A stretch of 37,120 nt of DNA, taken from Planctomycetota bacterium (lineage in GTDB: Bacteria; Planctomycetota; Phycisphaerae; Phycisphaerales; SM1A02). A model generated the notes under the pieces. It was not told the origin of the DNA, searched no databases, and saw nothing but the letters and a program-made list of their open reading frames with translations. Shown piece by piece: positions 34,707-37,120 of this stretch. The position numbers were made by a program, and so were the translations under genes. The stretch lies in assembly GCA_014381385.1 (NCBI GenBank), contig JACNLR010000214.1, positions 1 through 37,120 of the forward strand. The letters are read 5' to 3'. How positions within the stretch are numbered: the first letter of the stretch is position 1; each line of letters begins with the position of its first letter.

Positions 34707-36376
34707 TGAAAACGTGGACGTTGGTCCTGACCGCTCTTGCTTCTGCAGTTTGCACGTTACTCTCAAGTGCACCCTATGGCTTTGGACTTGCTGCAATTGC
34801 TGCTCCGCTTTGCCTTCTTGTAATTGCGCTTCGTGCAAAAACAATTCGAAGTGCGCTTTGTTGGATTTTCATATTTCAACTACCGCTCTGGCTTTGGCTC
34901 CATAGTTGGGTTGCCGTTGTAGCGTTTGCTGGTTGGTTGGGGTTGGGTTTTTATATGTCTATCTGGGCGCCACTTTTTGTGTTGGCGGTTAGGTATGTAC
35001 GACCAAAGACGTCAATTTCGATGGTTGTTTACGCTCCAACCCTCTGGGTAGGGCTTGAATGCATTCGTGGAATAGTCTTGTTTGACGGGTATCCGTGGTA
35101 TTTAGCTGGGACGGGGATTTTGGATTGGCCGATTGTTTCTATCGCTTCCGCTGGCAGCGTATGGTCAGCAAGTTTTCTCGTAGTTGCTCTTTCCGCCGCG
35201 CTTGCAAATTTCCGAAGCGTTCGATGTTGGACGTGGGCATCTTTAGTAGTGGTATGCGCATTTTTCTTTATAAAGGGGTTGCCCCTCGAGATGGAGAGTG
35301 GCGCAAGCATGAACGTCGCAGTTATTCAGACAAATGTTTCCCAGAGCAATAAAGTTGCTTGGTCGTGGAAAAGTCAGTTGGAAGAAGTATCGCAAGCAAT
35401 AACCATGACAAAAAAGGCAACTTTGAATCAAGAGGCACAACCTTCGTTACTGATCTGGCCAGAAACGATGCTTCCGGGAAGCGGGTTTGAAGTAAAGAGA
35501 AACGATTTCGCACCTTGGGTTGATTCATTTGCGCCGTATTGGGTTTGGCCAGAAAAAATCCTTGAGGTGGCAAGTGAACTCAAAACACCAATTCTCATTG
35601 GCACGCAAACGCACATGGCAATAGAAATCGTTGCGCAGGGGCAAACGCTCCATCCTGAAATAACAACGATTTACAATTCTGCAGTTCTTGTAGCACCAAA
35701 CGGAACTACGGAGCGTTACGACAAAATATTTCTTACGCCTTTTGGCGAGAGAATTCCCTACCTAAGTATTTTTCCTGCATTGCAGGAATGGGTTCGTGAT
35801 TCATTTGGTGCTGCAATGTTGTTTAATGTAGATGTTGGCGGCGCTCCACACAGATTTACTATGCAATGTGATTCGGATGAAGTTGATACTACAGCAGAGA
35901 TAACTTTCGCAACGCCCATTTGTTTTGAAGATACGGTGCCCAGCGTGATTCGTGATTTGGTTTGGGTAGACGGAAAACGAGTAGCGGGTGCGCTTATTAA
36001 CTTGAGTAATGATGGTTGGTTTTCAGATGACGATGGTGCGAGGTTGCAACACGTGAGAGAAGCGCGAATGCGTTGCATTGAAAACAAAACACCGATGGTT
36101 CGCGCTGCCAATACAGGTTTGAGTTGCCTCATCGATGCAAGCGGTAGAGTTCAGAAAAGTGCGATGGTGGACGGCAAAATCGCGGTTCGCCAAAAAGCAA
36201 TCTTGCACGCTACGATTTTTGAAGGCTCTGGAAAACCCTTGAGCAGGTTTGTCGGTGATGCAGTCGCATGGTTATCCTTGATTGGTGGTATTCTGCTTGT
36301 ACTCAAATCATACTACCTACGGAGTAAAGTATATGAAAAACAAAGTAAAAATCCCGATGAAACACCTAGCGCTTAG
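34706..36376 (+). CDS. lnt: Apolipoprotein N-acyltransferase
   Basis: 556-aa ORF with a multi-TM N-terminal half. The CN-hydrolase triad contexts are LIWPETMLPG (Glu), YDKIFLTPFGERIPY (Lys) and PICFEDTVP (Cys). Its start overlaps the accD stop (TAATG). Confidence 0.92.
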   Translation: MKTWTLVLTALASAVCTLLSSAPYGFGLAAIAAPLCLLVIALRAKTIRSALCWIFIFQLPLWLWLHSWVAVVAFAGWLGLGFYMSIWAPLFVLAVRYVRPKTSISMVVYAPTLWVGLECIRGIVLFDGYPWYLAGTGILDWPIVSIASAGSVWSASFLVVALSAALANFRSVRCWTWASLVVVCAFFFIKGLPLEMESGASMNVAVIQTNVSQSNKVAWSWKSQLEEVSQAITMTKKATLNQEAQPSLLIWPETMLPGSGFEVKRNDFAPWVDSFAPYWVWPEKILEVASELKTPILIGTQTHMAIEIVAQGQTLHPEITTIYNSAVLVAPNGTTERYDKIFLTPFGERIPYLSIFPALQEWVRDSFGAAMLFNVDVGGAPHRFTMQCDSDEVDTTAEITFATPICFEDTVPSVIRDLVWVDGKRVAGALINLSNDGWFSDDDGARLQHVREARMRCIENKTPMVRAANTGLSCLIDASGRVQKSAMVDGKIAVRQKAILHATIFEGSGKPLSRFVGDAVAWLSLIGGILLVLKSYYLRSKVYEKQSKNPDETPSA

Positions 36377-37120
36377 TGTAGGTTTCGTAGCGCTTGTTTC
36401 GTGTGGACCAGACCCACTAGCAAGGGCAAGCGATGCGCCCTGGAGTTCAAAAGAGAATTCAATTAAGACGTTAAACGAATCGGATGCAAGATCCTCTAAA
36501 CCGACGCTTGTCGATTCTAAAATTGTGCAAGAAACTGCAACTCGTATTCTGCAATCTTCGTTAAAAGAATCAAACCCGCGGCTTCGCGCGAATGCGATTG
36601 AATCTTTGCGGTATGCACCAAGAGAACTCCTCGAGCAAGCGGTGCAAGGCGGGTTGGGCGATGCGAACCGGGGCGTTCGCTTCGTAGCAACAATGCTAAT
36701 TGGAAAAGAATCACTTTGCGAACTTTCCCTTTTACTCGAACCGCTCCTCCTTGATGAATCGGAATCGGTACAGGCTGCTGCGATGTACTCAATCTATAAA
36801 TGCGGTGGAAATGTGGACTTGACACCGATTGCGAAAATGCTTCAAAGCGATAATCCTGAGCTACGCGGAAATGCTGCGATGATTGTTGGGCAACTTGGCA
36901 ACAAGTCTGCAATCGAGATGATTCGTGACGCACTTAAAAATACACCAGAAATGATTACACCAATACGAAGGCGTATTATTAATTTGCAAATGGCTGAAGC
37001 GCTGATTCTTCTTGGTGAAAAAGAGGAGTTGGAAGTTGTTCGGGCAGGGGTATTTAGTTCTATCCAAGAGGCTGAGGTGACAGCTCTTGCTTGCCAGATT
37101 GCAGGGAACCTGCACGATGT
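36333..37120 (+). CDS. HEAT-repeat lipoprotein (partial, runs off the window end)
   Basis: This ORF is absent from the supplied track because it has no stop in the window. My translation is MKNKVKIPMKHLALSVGFVALVSCGPDP... with a lipobox LVSC. It contains repeated PBS-lyase/HEAT-like units (NPRLRANAIESL, DANRGVRFVATML, DESESVQAAAMYS, DNPELRGNAAMIVGQLG). GGAG lies 8 nt upstream of the ATG. It overlaps the last 44 nt of lnt. Confidence 0.75.
   Translation, partial: MKNKVKIPMKHLALSVGFVALVSCGPDPLARASDAPWSSKENSIKTLNESDARSSKPTLVDSKIVQETATRILQSSLKESNPRLRANAIESLRYAPRELLEQAVQGGLGDANRGVRFVATMLIGKESLCELSLLLEPLLLDESESVQAAAMYSIYKCGGNVDLTPIAKMLQSDNPELRGNAAMIVGQLGNKSAIEMIRDALKNTPEMITPIRRRIINLQMAEALILLGEKEELEVVRAGVFSSIQEAEVTALACQIAGNLHD

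Noticed and set aside
36517-37115. The track lists minus-strand ORFs of 138 aa and 84 aa in this region.
   Set aside because: Both are antisense to the much better supported plus-strand HEAT-repeat lipoprotein ORF, which has a Shine-Dalgarno sequence, a lipobox and repeat structure.
1-37120. I scanned the window for CRISPR arrays, IS elements or transposases, integrases, phage genes, toxin-antitoxin pairs and known defence genes.
   Set aside because: I found no regularly spaced repeat array, no transposase/integrase/recombinase-like ORF and no small paired ORFs. The window reads as core chromosome. My scan was by eye, so short dispersed repeats could have been missed.

Overview
This window is a gene-dense stretch of core chromosome. 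I call 33 protein-coding genes, nearly all housekeeping. I saw no rRNA, tRNA, CRISPR array, transposase, integrase or phage gene.

**Gene content**
- Translation and RNA modification: fusA, hpf, mnmA, miaA.
- Central carbon metabolism: fbaB, pgk, rpe, gpsA.
- Cofactor and nucleotide synthesis: ribD, purN.
- MEP/isoprenoid pathway: ispA, dxs, ispG.
- Lipid and envelope functions: accD, lnt, sppA.
- DNA topology: topA.
- PTS-Ntr module: hpf-ptsN-ptsH.
- Others: a P1B-type ATPase, an ExbB-like channel, a prepilin-type pseudopilin and several hypothetical proteins.

The pseudopilin with an FADGS tail, the terpenoid-cyclase-like plus DUF4159-like protein and the class I FbaB suggest a PVC-group (Planctomycetota-like) genome. 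That is inference only.

**Novel system:** I did not find a clear, self-contained novel system such as a defence island or a biosynthetic gene cluster.

**Most interesting observations**
1. An ExbB/TolQ-type proton channel is translationally coupled to a membrane-anchored TraB/GumN-like protein rather than to ExbD/TolR. That protein carries an inserted T2SS GspG-like globular domain.
2. Three very short divergent intergenic regions (21-35 bp) place -10-like hexamers exactly 6-8 nt upstream of both start codons. This implies back-to-back leaderless transcripts.
3. About 290 nt of repeat- and hairpin-rich non-coding sequence lies behind a near-consensus promoter upstream of a stand-alone fusA.
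4. A three-copy 15-18 nt repeat (two direct copies, one inverted) sits between the methyltransferase gene and sppA. A possible truncated copy lies at the window edge.
5. An open-ended HEAT-repeat lipoprotein gene overlaps the 3' end of lnt and is missing from the ORF track.

**Start codon revisions:** I moved several track start codons on homology and context grounds: RNase HII-like, ggt, miaA, pgk, rpe and topA.
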